Source: Candidatus Neomicrothrix sp. UBA825
Lineage (GTDB): Bacteria; Actinomycetota; Acidimicrobiia; Acidimicrobiales; UBA8592
Length of the DNA: 64,000 bases
Assembly (NCBI GenBank): GCA_002295705.1
Contig: DBHP01000091.1
Span: 43,971 to 107,970 of the forward strand
Direction: 5' to 3'
The notes under the pieces: model-generated
Database searches by the model: none
What the model was told of the DNA's origin: nothing
What the model saw: only the letters and a program-made list of their open reading frames with translations
Shown: piece after piece, positions 20,171-31,229 of the stretch
Position numbering within the stretch: the first letter of the stretch is position 1
Layout: each line of letters starts with the position of its first letter
Translations under genes and position numbers: made by a program

Positions 20171-22468
20171 ATGACTGTTTACACGAAGACCCCAATTGAA
20201 CTAATTGAAGGTGTCTACTCCACGTTTGAAGAAAGATTGGGAAATGCAAGAAAAAAACTAGGGCGTCAACTGACCTTCGCAGAAAAGGTATTAATCAATC
20301 ATTTAGACTCACCAGACCAATCTCTTGAGAGAGGATCCTCCTACGTAGATCTGAGACCTGACCGTGTTGCAATGCAAGATGCCACAGCTCAGATGGCTTG
20401 GTTGCAATTTATGACAGCTGGCCTTGACAAGGTAGCAGTTCCCACGACAACTCACGCAGATCATCTAATACAAGCAAAAGTTGAAGGTAAACATGACCTA
20501 CTCACAGCATCCAAAACAAACGAAGAAGTTTATGACTTCCTTGAATCTGTTTGTGCAAAATATGGAGCTGGTTTTTGGAAACCCGGAAGTGGGATAATTC
20601 ACCAAGTCGTGCTCGAACAATACGCATTTCCTGGTGGAATGATCATCGGCACTGACAGTCACACACCGAATGGAGGCGGCTTAGGCATGATCGCAATTGG
20701 AGTTGGTGGAGCCGACGCAGTTGACGTTATGACTGGATTTCCGTGGAACGTTCGGTGGCCAAAACTAATTGGTGTACATCTTAAAGGCTCCTTAAACGGA
20801 TGGACAGCACCCAAAGACGTAATTCTGAAAGTGGCTGAAATTCTTACTGTGAAAGGTGGAACAGGGGCAATAGTGGAATATTTCGGTGATGGAGCCTCCA
20901 ACCTTTCCGCCACCGGGAAAGCAACAATTTGCAATATGGGTGCAGAGATAGGCGCAACTACTTCAATCTTCCCTTATGACGAGTCTATCAACCGCTATCT
21001 TCACTCAACTGACCGAAGTGATGTAGCTGAACTTGCAAAAGTCAACCAACGGCATCTGACTGCTGACCCTGAAGTACTAGAGTCTCCAAATGAATATTTT
21101 GACCAAGTGATCGAGATTGACCTTGACAAACTTAACCCCCATATCAATGGTCCACATACGCCAGACTTAGCAAGAGAAGTCCCGGAACTAGGCGCTGAAG
21201 CCAAATCTAATGGTTGGCCTTTAGAAATAAGTGCCGCACTAATCGGCAGTTGCACAAATTCATCCTACGAGGACATAACTCGCGCCGCTTCAATAGCAAG
21301 AGAAGCCGCCAAGCACGGTCTGAAATCAAAATGTCGACTCTTAATTACGCCCGGCTCCGAACAAGTCAGAGCAACGATAACGCGAGACGGCCTACTCGCC
21401 GACTTTGAAGCGGTAGGAGCTGTAGTTTTAGCAAATGCATGTGGACCGTGCATTGGGCAGTGGGACCGATCCGAAGAATCAGACCACGAGACAGGAACAC
21501 CAAACATTATCGTTACTTCCTATAATCGTAATTTCCCAAAGCGGAATGATGGAGATCCATCAACGCTAGCATTCGTAACTTCGCCTGAGACAGTTATGGC
21601 GCTTGCACTTGCTGGAACTGTGGATTTTGATCCTATTAACGGCAGTCTTGAGACGGCAGACGGTAATCAAATAAAATTATCAACCCCTGAGGGAATTGAA
21701 TTACCTCCGAGTGGCTTTGATCCTGGGCAGGAGACTTTCATTGCCCCACCCGAAAATGCAACCGAGCTCAAAGTGAAAGTCTCCCCATCCTCTGACCGAC
21801 TCCAACTTCTTGAGCCATTTCCTGCATGGGACGGAAACGACTACGAAAATCTGCCCATTCTTGTCAAAGCTAAAGGGAAATTCACGACTGACCATATCTC
21901 GATGGCGGGGCCTTGGCTGAAATACCGAGGGCATCTCGAAAATATCTCTGGAAACTTATATTTAGGTGCCGTAAATGCGTTTGAAGGTTATGAAGTTGGT
22001 TACGGAAAAAATTTAATTACAGGAGAAACACAAACCTTCCCTGAAATCGCTAAATCATACCATGAGGCCAACCAGCATTGGGTTGTAATCGGTGATGAAA
22101 ATATGGGAGAAGGATCAAGCCGGGAACATGCGGCTATGGAACCGCGATTTCGGTTGGGGCTCGTAGCCATTGCACGCAGTTTTGCACGTATTCACGAAAC
22201 AAACCTAAAGAAACAGGGCATGCTACCGCTTACGTTTTCAAATCCAGCTGATTACGACAAGATAGATGAATCAGATCAGTTATCAATTCGTAATTTAGCT
22301 GACCTAAATCCCGGAGAAACAATTACTGTCGAAGTTACAAAACCATCCGGCGAGACATTCAGCTTTGAGACTACACATACCTTTAGCGAGGACCAAATTG
22401 AATGGTTCAAAGCCGGTTCGGCCCTTAATGTCATCCGCTCTCAGACACAGAGCCAATCCAACATCTAA
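20171..22468 (+). CDS. Aconitate hydratase, mitochondrial/Bacteroidetes-like type
   Basis: [64 protein letters not shown] and GSSREHAA; GAGG SD before ATG 20171. Confidence 0.94.
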   Translation: MTVYTKTPIELIEGVYSTFEERLGNARKKLGRQLTFAEKVLINHLDSPDQSLERGSSYVDLRPDRVAMQDATAQMAWLQFMTAGLDKVAVPTTTHADHLIQAKVEGKHDLLTASKTNEEVYDFLESVCAKYGAGFWKPGSGIIHQVVLEQYAFPGGMIIGTDSHTPNGGGLGMIAIGVGGADAVDVMTGFPWNVRWPKLIGVHLKGSLNGWTAPKDVILKVAEILTVKGGTGAIVEYFGDGASNLSATGKATICNMGAEIGATTSIFPYDESINRYLHSTDRSDVAELAKVNQRHLTADPEVLESPNEYFDQVIEIDLDKLNPHINGPHTPDLAREVPELGAEAKSNGWPLEISAALIGSCTNSSYEDITRAASIAREAAKHGLKSKCRLLITPGSEQVRATITRDGLLADFEAVGAVVLANACGPCIGQWDRSEESDHETGTPNIIVTSYNRNFPKRNDGDPSTLAFVTSPETVMALALAGTVDFDPINGSLETADGNQIKLSTPEGIELPPSGFDPGQETFIAPPENATELKVKVSPSSDRLQLLEPFPAWDGNDYENLPILVKAKGKFTTDHISMAGPWLKYRGHLENISGNLYLGAVNAFEGYEVGYGKNLITGETQTFPEIAKSYHEANQHWVVIGDENMGEGSSREHAAMEPRFRLGLVAIARSFARIHETNLKKQGMLPLTFSNPADYDKIDESDQLSIRNLADLNPGETITVEVTKPSGETFSFETTHTFSEDQIEWFKAGSALNVIRSQTQSQSNI

Positions 22469-22507
22469 TTTAACGATAGTCGGTAAGTAGTTATCGTTAA
22501 TTTAGAT
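22463..22507. terminator. 16-bp inverted repeat (one mismatch) between aconitase and LysR; terminator or operator
   Basis: ATCTAATTTAACGATA-N13-TATCGTTAATTTAGAT; AT-rich stem, so its role is uncertain. Confidence 0.45.
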
Positions 22508-22517
22508 ATAATTCCTT

Positions 22518-23426
22518 ATGGATATTAGACAACTAAATGCATTAGTTGCCGTAGTTGATACAGGTAGTTTCAGTGCGGCGGCGCAATCCCTACATACTGT
22601 TCAGTCGAATATCTCAACCCATATTGCCAGGCTAGAACAAGAATTATCAGTTTCCTTAATTGACAGAAGAACAGGCGTATTAACCGAAGAGGGGGCACTC
22701 GTAGTTGAACGTGCACGCCGTGTTCAAACAGAACTCGAATCAATCTCATTAGATGTAAAAGCACTTCATACGGAAGTTTCAGGAATCGTAAGATTAGGAG
22801 TAATTGGAACCACAGGCCGTTGGGTATCCCCTATCTTACTAGAATCCATGACGCAGAAATACCCCAAGGTCAAGATCCAAATCACAGACGCAGTCACGAG
22901 CAACTTAATGCCACTAGTTGTTCAGGGAAGAGTTGACGGGGCAATAGTCAATTTGCCAATCAACCATCCTGATGTTGAAGCAGAACCCTTATTTGAAGAG
23001 GAACCAGTTCTTGTCGCTCCTAATTCACACCCTCTTTCAAAATACGACTCAGTCACCCCGTCCGTTCTTGCTGAATTTCCTCTTTTGCTGAATCCCAAAG
23101 GGGTCCCCTTCAGAGATAGTCTTGACAGAGATTTAGCAACCCACGGAATTAAACTCTCACCGAAAGCTGAAGTAGATGGCATGCGACTTCTAGCATCGTT
23201 AGCCACAGATGGCTATGGGGCGGCGATTCTCCCAGCCACTGCAGCCCAAGGGGCTGGCAAATGGAAAAGGATTCCGCTAGAGGGCTTCACACGCCGCATA
23301 GTCGGTTTGGCAACGAATAAAAGAGTGCCCCTATCCGCTACAACGAGAGTCGTACGTGAAGTTCTTCGCCAAATGATACTAGAATACGGTTCCGACCAAA
23401 ATGGAATCTACTTAGCAACTAAGTAA
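22518..23426 (+). CDS. LysR family transcriptional regulator
   Basis: MDIRQLNALVAVVDTGSFSAAAQSLHTVQSNISTHIARLEQEL wHTH; 302 aa. Confidence 0.95.
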   Translation: MDIRQLNALVAVVDTGSFSAAAQSLHTVQSNISTHIARLEQELSVSLIDRRTGVLTEEGALVVERARRVQTELESISLDVKALHTEVSGIVRLGVIGTTGRWVSPILLESMTQKYPKVKIQITDAVTSNLMPLVVQGRVDGAIVNLPINHPDVEAEPLFEEEPVLVAPNSHPLSKYDSVTPSVLAEFPLLLNPKGVPFRDSLDRDLATHGIKLSPKAEVDGMRLLASLATDGYGAAILPATAAQGAGKWKRIPLEGFTRRIVGLATNKRVPLSATTRVVREVLRQMILEYGSDQNGIYLATK

Positions 23427-23461
23427 CGCGTATTTCTCAACAAACATACTAAGATAACCCT

Positions 23462-24817
23462 GTGAGTGGACAAGAAGATACCGTTCAAGTGCAAACGCAA
23501 CTTTCGCAAAACACGGTTGTTGAAGTTAAACGAGATAGCGACAAAAGCTACGTGGAAGTATCTCTAGGATCTCCAACTGACCCCGTTCCGCTATCTGCAG
23601 CAGACGGGCAAAAGTTAGCGGAAGGAATAAGGACTGCAAGGACTCAACATATTCCCCTAATTTGCAACATTAACTCAACTGGAGCGCCGCCTGATGCAGG
23701 TATAGAAGCACTTGATGGTTGGGGGAAAGCCGCCCAAGAAATGACGACCAGCTCAGGGGTAATACCGATCATCTTTTGCGTTAAAGAAACAGCGTTAGCT
23801 GGCCCTGCACTCCTTTTGGGGTTGGCTGATTTTGTAATAATGGTTAAAGATTCTTACAGCTATGTAAGTGGCCCAAGAATGGTTCAAGAGTTTACTGGGG
23901 TTCCGATTGATCCTGAAACCTTGGGGGGTGCTGCAAAACACGCTCAAATGTCCGGCCTTGCAAGCTTTGTGGTGCCTGACCTTTATTCAGCCTCAGAAAT
24001 AGTGGACGAGTTGCTTGCCTTACTTCCAAGCAGTTCATCCTCAACCCCACGAAATAATCCCACAAGTGATCCAGCTGATCGACGTTTAACGAATATTGAA
24101 GATGTAGTTCCAGATACGCAGACTGGCAGCTATGACATGCGAGAAATAATAGGGCAGGTAGCTGACGACAGAATTCTTACAGAAATTCGGAAAGACTGGG
24201 CTACCAACATCATTACTGCACTTTGCACAATTAATGGCAACACTGTTGGAGTCGTTGCAAACCAACCACAATCCCTTGCTGGCACTTTGGATATTTCTGC
24301 ATCACAGAAAGGAGCGCGATTCGTCAACTTCTGTGATGCTTTCAGTATTCCGATCATCACCTTTGTTGACACCCCCGGATTTCAACCGGGAAAAGATCTT
24401 GAGTGGCGCGGAATGATCCGACATGGAGCCCAACTTGCCTTTGCCTACGCAAATGCAACAATCCCCCGAATATGTATAACCATCAGAAAGAGCTACGGAG
24501 GCGCTTACATCGTAATGGACTCCAAACACATGGGTAACGACCTGGCATTAGCCTGGCCTTCAGCTGAAATAGCCGTAATGGGGGCCAAAGGAGCTATTGA
24601 AATTCTTCATCGCAAAGCCACCGAATCTGACCGTGAACAACTTGAATCTGAGTACGAAACCAGACTCCTAAACCCCTACACAGCAGCAGAACGAGGCTCC
24701 GTTGATATGGTCATACATCCAGAGAACACTAGAAGGGAAGTTTCAGCTGCATTAGATTTCCTTCTATCCAAACGAGAAAAGCTTCAAAAGCGACTACACA
24801 GCAATACCCCTCTCTAG
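23462..24817 (+). CDS. Acyl-CoA carboxylase carboxyltransferase-like protein with truncated, divergent N-domain
   Basis: Conserved C-half: GVVANQP, FVDTPGFQPGKDLE, IRHGA, RKSYGGAYIVM and WPSAEIAVMG. Confidence 0.85.
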   Translation: MSGQEDTVQVQTQLSQNTVVEVKRDSDKSYVEVSLGSPTDPVPLSAADGQKLAEGIRTARTQHIPLICNINSTGAPPDAGIEALDGWGKAAQEMTTSSGVIPIIFCVKETALAGPALLLGLADFVIMVKDSYSYVSGPRMVQEFTGVPIDPETLGGAAKHAQMSGLASFVVPDLYSASEIVDELLALLPSSSSSTPRNNPTSDPADRRLTNIEDVVPDTQTGSYDMREIIGQVADDRILTEIRKDWATNIITALCTINGNTVGVVANQPQSLAGTLDISASQKGARFVNFCDAFSIPIITFVDTPGFQPGKDLEWRGMIRHGAQLAFAYANATIPRICITIRKSYGGAYIVMDSKHMGNDLALAWPSAEIAVMGAKGAIEILHRKATESDREQLESEYETRLLNPYTAAERGSVDMVIHPENTRREVSAALDFLLSKREKLQKRLHSNTPL

Positions 24818-24921
24818 AAGTCAGAAAACTTTCTCGAAGTCCCTAGAAAGATGTGTCAAAGTGACTGAGATCACATATTTTGCCGATAACATGCAATTTG
24901 TAAAACGATCGGAGCGGAGAT

Positions 24922-26190
24922 TTGAAAGAGTCCATAACTATTACTGACAATCGCTCCGGTGAGTCAATTGAGATCCCCATAGAACAAGGCGGAGTTGATT
25001 CTGGTCCATGGACTAAGTTTCTTCCTGGCATTTGGTTCAAGGATGAAGGTTTTGCTGCGACAGCTGTCACCAATAGCTCAATTACTTACATTGACGGGAG
25101 CGCCGGGCAACTTGAATATCGCGGATATCGTATTGAAGATTTAGCAAAGAGATCAACCTTCACTGAAGTTGCTTACTTATTGGTTCATGGTGAACTTCCC
25201 TCCAGCAGTGGCCTTGAGGACTGGAATAACCAACTTGCCAGCCATGCTCACCTTGATGACCAGCAGAATGACAATCTACTTAAGGCATTTAACAGCCAAT
25301 CTCATCCAATGGGAATGTTTACGGCTGGCCTAGCCGCATTGTCAACGCTTTACCCAGATGCGCGAGATGTTGAAGACCCAGAAATAAGACAAAAGCACGT
25401 GCTTAACGCAATTGCGAAAGTGCCAACTCTCGCCGCTTCAGCCGCTGCTTACCGGAACGGCTATTCTGGAGCGCAATCTAGCGATGAACTGCCCTACATC
25501 GAAAATTTCCTATCAATGGCTTTCTCCTCACCGAACGAACCTTTTCAATCCAACCCAACTTTCACAAAAGCCTTGGACCAACTTTTAATCCTTCATGCTG
25601 ATCATGAACAGAATTGCTCTACTACTGCCGTCAGGGTAGTCGGTTCTTCCCATGCAGACCCGTACTCTGCTCTTGCAGCAGGAAGCGCAGCTCTATCAGG
25701 TCCCAGACACGGAGGGGCCAACGAAGCAGTCCTGAACATGCTCGACGAAATTGGTTCATTTAATAATGTAAACAGCTTCATTGATTCTGTTAAAAACGGC
25801 GAAGGCCGACTGATGGGTTTCGGTCATCGCGTCTATAAGAATTACGACCCAAGAGCACAGATTATCAAAGAAACAGCTCACGAAATTTTTGAAATAACCG
25901 GGAAGAACCCGAAACTCGATATCGCCTTAAAACTTGAAGAAGCTGCTTTGGAAGACGAGTATTTCATCAGCCGAAAGCTCTACCCAAATGTCGACTTCTA
26001 CTCCGGACTCATATATCAGGCTATGGGGTTCCCTGTTGAAATGTTCACTGTTCTATTCGCTGTCGCTAGAACAGCCGGATGGATATCCCATTGGGACGAA
26101 ATGCTCTCAAGAAATACAAGAATAGCTCGACCAAGGCAACTTTATATCGGCAATGAAACTAGACCGTTTCTAACACTTGAGGAAAGATAA
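24922..26190 (+). CDS. gltA: Citrate synthase
   Basis: ITYIDG, HPMG, LHADHEQNCST, HGGANE, MGFGHRVYKNYDPRA and YPNVDFYSG. Confidence 0.95.
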   Translation: MKESITITDNRSGESIEIPIEQGGVDSGPWTKFLPGIWFKDEGFAATAVTNSSITYIDGSAGQLEYRGYRIEDLAKRSTFTEVAYLLVHGELPSSSGLEDWNNQLASHAHLDDQQNDNLLKAFNSQSHPMGMFTAGLAALSTLYPDARDVEDPEIRQKHVLNAIAKVPTLAASAAAYRNGYSGAQSSDELPYIENFLSMAFSSPNEPFQSNPTFTKALDQLLILHADHEQNCSTTAVRVVGSSHADPYSALAAGSAALSGPRHGGANEAVLNMLDEIGSFNNVNSFIDSVKNGEGRLMGFGHRVYKNYDPRAQIIKETAHEIFEITGKNPKLDIALKLEEAALEDEYFISRKLYPNVDFYSGLIYQAMGFPVEMFTVLFAVARTAGWISHWDEMLSRNTRIARPRQLYIGNETRPFLTLEER

Positions 26191-26191
26191 G

Positions 26192-26878
26192 CTAAGTACT
26201 CTCGCTTTCCAAAATGGTTGCAGCTGCAATAGCTGCTGTTTCCGATCTTAATATTGACCTGTGGAACGAATACTTAGCATTCGTCGTGTCAAGCTCCGCA
26301 CTACTCCATCCGCCCTCAGGCCCGATAGCTATCCGTCGGACCGCATTCGTTATCCTCTTTGCTGACTGATGAGCTAATGCAATGCCAGTGCCTTGAACAA
26401 TTTCTTCGAAACTTCCCCCTAAGTCTATCGTTGGAAGCCATACGCCCTTTGATTGAGCTAAAGCTAAACGAGAAACCTTCAGCAATTTCTTATGATTTTT
26501 CTCGATTTTGTTAGCATCCCATTTTGGAACTGATCTTTCGGAGAAAAAAAACGATATGGAACCAACACCTAATTCTGTCAGCTTTTGAGTGACTAATTCA
26601 GGCTTTCCAGATTTCGTTATTGAAATATAGATTTCTGAAGGAACCTTAGGACCTTCGCAAAATTGCCTAGCTTTCACAGGAGTTAAAGTTGACTTATCAA
26701 ATCTAAACATGCTCCACGAGCCTCTCCCATCGGTCGCAGTCAAGTGAGTACCCGGCCGCAGTCTCCTGACAGTCTGCAAGTGATGCATTTCCGTTTCTTC
26801 AAGAGTTGGCGAGTCTAAATCATTTAAAACAACGTGTGGAAGATCGAGTTCATGTAATCCACTTAAAGCCCTACTCAT
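26192..26878 (-). CDS. rsmE: 16S rRNA m3U1498 methyltransferase
   Basis: HHLQTVRRLR, QKLTELGV, IGPEGGWS and ILRSETAA; follows dnaJ. Confidence 0.92.
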   Translation of the reverse strand: MSRALSGLHELDLPHVVLNDLDSPTLEETEMHHLQTVRRLRPGTHLTATDGRGSWSMFRFDKSTLTPVKARQFCEGPKVPSEIYISITKSGKPELVTQKLTELGVGSISFFFSERSVPKWDANKIEKNHKKLLKVSRLALAQSKGVWLPTIDLGGSFEEIVQGTGIALAHQSAKRITNAVRRIAIGPEGGWSSAELDTTNAKYSFHRSILRSETAAIAAATILESEST

Positions 26879-27971
26879 TCTGTTTACTCTTTCGACTCCT
26901 TTTAGGCTTTTCCTCTATCGTTTCCCCAAGCTCCTCAGCTAATTCAATCATCAAGCGCTTCGATGCTTTCGAGAGATTTTGCGGAGTGTCTATAACTATT
27001 TCTACAATCAAATCGCCTCTACCACGACGCTGAAGTCTCGGAACTCCTAAACCCGAATAACGAAACTTATCACCGGTTCGTGAACCTGCAGGAATCTTTA
27101 GTTTCTGCATTCCGTCAAATGTTTCATATTCAATTTCAGCACCAAGCGCTGCGGAGGTCACAGGTATCCAAAGTTGCTCTATCAAATTCTCACCATTACG
27201 AGAAAACCGAGAGTGCTGCTCGACTACATACCTGACGTGTATGTCTCCACTTGCCCCTCCTCGAGGACCAGCAGGGCCCATACCTGATAATCGTTGAGTG
27301 ATACCGCTATCAACCCCTTTAGGCACTTCAATAGAGAAGCTCTTTTCAGCTTTCTCAACACCACTCCCCCCACATGAGCTACAGGGATCGATGATTAATG
27401 TTCCAAAACCTTGACAAGAAGGACAGACCGTTGTCGACATAATCTGTCCAAGGATTGATTGACGTACTTGTTGAAGTTGCCCATGTCCATCGCATTGACC
27501 ACACAATTCGGATTCGCCATTTTGGCTTCCGCTGCCAGTACAGGTTTCACATTGCAGAGCTAGCTCTAGAGTGAACTCTGCTTCTCCACCATTCACTACT
27601 TCTTCCAAAGTTATTTTAAGCGTGATTTCAACATCTTCTCCCGAATTCCTCTGTTGACCTCGGAAGCCTGAAGAACCAAAAGGACTTTGGCCGCCAAAAA
27701 ATGCCTCAAAGATATCACTGATTCCACCTGCACCTTGGAAAGGAGAGCCAGCACTACCCACGGCACCGAATTGATCATATTGACTGCGTTTCTCATCGTC
27801 ACTCAAAATTTCGTACGCCATAGCTATATCTTTAAACTTTTTTTCAGCTGCAGCATCATTGGGATTCGCATCTGGATGGAATTTCCTTGCGAGCTCTCTG
27901 TAGGCTTTCTTAATTTCAGCCAAAGAGGCAGTGCGGCTCACTCCCAGCAAGTCATAAAGATCATGTTCCAT
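26871..27971 (-). CDS. dnaJ: Chaperone DnaJ
   Basis: J-domain HPD, G/F-rich region, four CxxCxGxG repeats. Confidence 0.96.
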   Translation of the reverse strand: MEHDLYDLLGVSRTASLAEIKKAYRELARKFHPDANPNDAAAEKKFKDIAMAYEILSDDEKRSQYDQFGAVGSAGSPFQGAGGISDIFEAFFGGQSPFGSSGFRGQQRNSGEDVEITLKITLEEVVNGGEAEFTLELALQCETCTGSGSQNGESELCGQCDGHGQLQQVRQSILGQIMSTTVCPSCQGFGTLIIDPCSSCGGSGVEKAEKSFSIEVPKGVDSGITQRLSGMGPAGPRGGASGDIHVRYVVEQHSRFSRNGENLIEQLWIPVTSAALGAEIEYETFDGMQKLKIPAGSRTGDKFRYSGLGVPRLQRRGRGDLIVEIVIDTPQNLSKASKRLMIELAEELGETIEEKPKRSRKSKQNE

Positions 27972-28016
27972 TATCTATCCCCTGTAACGTTGCTGTCTCA
28001 CGATAAGAATTTGCAC

Positions 28017-29801
28017 CTAATCATCTATTTTCAGGGCTGATACGAATGCCTCTTGCGGCACCTCTACTCTACCAATAGATTTCATTCGCTTTTTGCCTTC
28101 TTTCTGCTTCTTCAAGAGTTTATTCTTTCTTGTGACATCTCCACCGTATAGTTTTGCAGTCACATCTTTCCTGTAGGCCTTTACAGTCTCTCGGGAGATG
28201 ATCTTACTTGAAATAGCAGCTTGAATCGGAACATCAAATTGCTGGCGAGGAATTAGTTCACGTAGCTTTTTCGTCATCTTTTGTCCGTAGTCATATGCTT
28301 TATCCCTATGGACTATTGAACTGAAGGCATCAACAGGATCACCTTGCAGAAGAATTTCCACCTTTACTAGGTCAGATATGCTGTACCCATCACTTTCGTA
28401 ATCCATACTTGCGTAGCCTTGAGTTCTGCTTTTCATTTGGTCAAAGAAGTCTAATACAACCTCCGCTAACGGGAGTCTGTATGAGAGTTCAACACGCTCA
28501 GGTGACAGATATTCCATCTTTACCAATTCTCCTCTCCTGCTTTGGCATAGGTCCATCAGGGTTCCGGTATAGCTGCTAGGGGTTATAACCGATGCTAATA
28601 AATAAGGTTCTTCAATCTGGGACATATTATTGCTTTGCGGGACATCACTCGGATTGTCAACGTATTCAACCTGACCATTGGTTAAAGTCAAACGATACTC
28701 AACGGAAGGGGCAGTGGAAATAAGAGTTAAATCAAATTCCCTTTCTAAGCGTTCACGAACTATTTCCATATGAAGCAAGCCAAGGAACCCACACCGAAAA
28801 CCAAAACCCAGAGCACTTGATGTTTCAGGCTCATAGGTGAAGCTAGAGTCATTTAATCGAAGCTTCTCCAAAGCATCGCGCAGTGTCGGGTAGTCATCTC
28901 CATCCATTGGGTATAAGCCGCTAAATACCATTGGCTTAGGCTCCCGGTAACCTTCTAAAGGCGTCTCAGCCATTTCTCTGACGCAAGTGATTGTTTCTCC
29001 TGAACGTGCCTCGCCCACGTCCTTGATACCTGCAATTAGATAACCCACTTCACCGGCACCTAAGGATTTCACGGCTTTTAATTCGGGAGTTCGCACGCCT
29101 ATCTCTTCTACGATTGCCCCTGTCCCCCGTTGCATGAAATGAACTTTCTCACCTTCCGAAATTTCACCATTTACAATGCGAATAGAACTAACAACTCCGC
29201 GATATTGATCGTAGTGACTATCAAAGATCAATGCCTGAAGTGGCGCACTAGGATCTCCATTGGGACAAGGAATCTTCTCAACAACCTTGTCCAACAACTC
29301 GTTAACGCCCTCACCAGTCTTGGCGCTAACACGCAAAATTTCGTTTGACTTGATGCCAAGAACCTGCTCAATCTCTGAGGCGTACAGCTCAGGTTCTGCG
29401 GCAGGCAAATCAATTTTATTTAACGCAACTACTATCTCGAGGTCATTCTCTAAGGCAAGAAAGGTGTTAGCCAGAGTTTGTGCTTCTATTCCTTGTGCAG
29501 CATCAACCAGCAGTATCACTCCTTCGCAAGCAGCTAATGACCTAGAAACCTCATACCCGAAATCCACATGTCCGGGTGTATCAATCAGATTGATAGTGGT
29601 CTGTTCATGCTGCAAGCGAACACTTTGAAGTTTTATTGTAATTCCGCGCTCTCTCTCAAGCTCCATTGAGTCAAGGTATTGAGCGCGCATCTGCCGAGGG
29701 TCTACAGCACCACACAACTCAAGCATGCGGTCAGCTAGAGTAGACTTCCCATGATCAATATGAGCTATTATGGCGATGTTTCTTATCTTTTGTTGGTTCA
29801 T
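28017..29801 (-). CDS. lepA: Elongation factor 4
   Basis: [33 protein letters not shown] and [10 protein letters not shown]. Confidence 0.98.
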   Translation of the reverse strand: MNQQKIRNIAIIAHIDHGKSTLADRMLELCGAVDPRQMRAQYLDSMELERERGITIKLQSVRLQHEQTTINLIDTPGHVDFGYEVSRSLAACEGVILLVDAAQGIEAQTLANTFLALENDLEIVVALNKIDLPAAEPELYASEIEQVLGIKSNEILRVSAKTGEGVNELLDKVVEKIPCPNGDPSAPLQALIFDSHYDQYRGVVSSIRIVNGEISEGEKVHFMQRGTGAIVEEIGVRTPELKAVKSLGAGEVGYLIAGIKDVGEARSGETITCVREMAETPLEGYREPKPMVFSGLYPMDGDDYPTLRDALEKLRLNDSSFTYEPETSSALGFGFRCGFLGLLHMEIVRERLEREFDLTLISTAPSVEYRLTLTNGQVEYVDNPSDVPQSNNMSQIEEPYLLASVITPSSYTGTLMDLCQSRRGELVKMEYLSPERVELSYRLPLAEVVLDFFDQMKSRTQGYASMDYESDGYSISDLVKVEILLQGDPVDAFSSIVHRDKAYDYGQKMTKKLRELIPRQQFDVPIQAAISSKIISRETVKAYRKDVTAKLYGGDVTRKNKLLKKQKEGKKRMKSIGRVEVPQEAFVSALKIDD

Positions 29802-29920
29802 TTGAGTTCTTGCAGTTAAGTGTACTTTTTTAGCTTGGCTTCGGTACCATACAATATCTAGTTATGCTATTACCTAATTAATAGCAACAGATCATAAGAA
29901 CTATTTTACAAGGGCAAAAC

Positions 29921-30181
29921 GTGGCAAACATCAAAGGTCAAATAAAACGAAACCGTCAGAATGAAAAGAGGCGGCTTCGAAATAAAGGAATTCGTTCCGA
30001 GATAAACTCTCGAGTAAAGACTGCCCTAAAAAATGCTGAATCCGGCAAAACAAGTTCAGAGGACTTACAGGAAGCTGTCAAGAAGATTGACAAAGCAGTA
30101 GCTAAAGGAATTATGCACAAAAACACCGCTGCACGGAAAAAAAGTCGCCTTTCCAAAAAGCTAAACTCTCTAGAGAATTAG
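29921..30181 (+). CDS. rpsT: 30S ribosomal protein S20
   Basis: MANIKGQIKRNRQNEKRR...HKNTAARKKSRL. Confidence 0.97.
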   Translation: MANIKGQIKRNRQNEKRRLRNKGIRSEINSRVKTALKNAESGKTSSEDLQEAVKKIDKAVAKGIMHKNTAARKKSRLSKKLNSLEN

Positions 30182-30184
30182 TTT

Positions 30185-31195
30185 CTACCTTTTGTAAAGG
30201 GAAGACAATCGGGCTACGAGAACTTCCATTACAACTTCTGCTGGAACTCCAGTCCCCCCCCTGAGATTTACATCTGCTTCCGCAAGTAGTTGAATAGCCC
30301 GTTTAGATTTTTCGGGTCCTAGCCTATTCGCTTCGGATAGAGTCATCTTCGCCCGATAAGATGATTTGTCTCCCAATAGGTTTGCGGCTTCTTCTGAAGT
30401 TACTCCATTTCTTCCCGACAGTTGCAGAATTCTGAAATAGTGATTTGATAGGAAACTGAGAATTTGCATTTGATGCTGCGCTCCATTTCCTTGCATCCTC
30501 GAAAGTATTTCGATTGCTGATGCCGCATTTCCAGTAGTAATTCCATTTGTCAATTCCCAAGGAACAACATTACCTGCTTGACCTATATATGGTTCTATAT
30601 CAGATGACTGCAGATCGGAACCGCTTCCAAAAACCGACTCAAGAGTTGCTAATATCGCAGGAATTCGGGCGATTTCTTCACCAACACTCTTCTCCAAGAG
30701 CGATATAGATGCCTCGTCAAGCATGATCGATGATTCACCTACTTGTTCTCTAATCCAGCCATTAACCTTTCGGCCGACACGGATATCAATCACTTCTCCG
30801 CAATCATTAACTGCCTCAATTAAAGATTTAGGTATTTGGTTAACTCTTTGCAGTTTCGCTCCTTTCTCCCAGACAAGAATCAGGTAGTTAGTAGCAATCG
30901 GATCCTTTATATAGGCAAGTAGGGCTTCTAGGTTTTCTTTTGTTGAAAAACGGGCAAAGTCACGACCGATTACAATTCGCTTTTGGGTTAAAAAGGGGAT
31001 TGTTTGAATAGCGCTTACTAAAGATTCGACTGAATAAATTTCGGAATCAGTTAGATAATCATCCTCCATTAGCTCTTCGACTACTAACGATTTATCTTCA
31101 TCCTCAAGGAGTGCTGTTGTTAGTTTTTCTAATTCACGGCTAACAATCGAGGGTTCATCGCCTCGTATTAAATAGACGTTAACGAATTTACTCAC
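30185..31195 (-). CDS. holA: DNA polymerase III delta subunit
   Basis: VYLIRGDE, TIPFL.KRIV, WELT and LLAEADVNLRGG; convergent with rpsT as usual. Confidence 0.85.
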   Translation of the reverse strand: MSKFVNVYLIRGDEPSIVSRELEKLTTALLEDEDKSLVVEELMEDDYLTDSEIYSVESLVSAIQTIPFLTQKRIVIGRDFARFSTKENLEALLAYIKDPIATNYLILVWEKGAKLQRVNQIPKSLIEAVNDCGEVIDIRVGRKVNGWIREQVGESSIMLDEASISLLEKSVGEEIARIPAILATLESVFGSGSDLQSSDIEPYIGQAGNVVPWELTNGITTGNAASAIEILSRMQGNGAQHQMQILSFLSNHYFRILQLSGRNGVTSEEAANLLGDKSSYRAKMTLSEANRLGPEKSKRAIQLLAEADVNLRGGTGVPAEVVMEVLVARLSSLYKR

Positions 31196-31229
31196 GGGTA
31201 GATCTTACACCACACAATTGGATGAAGAA

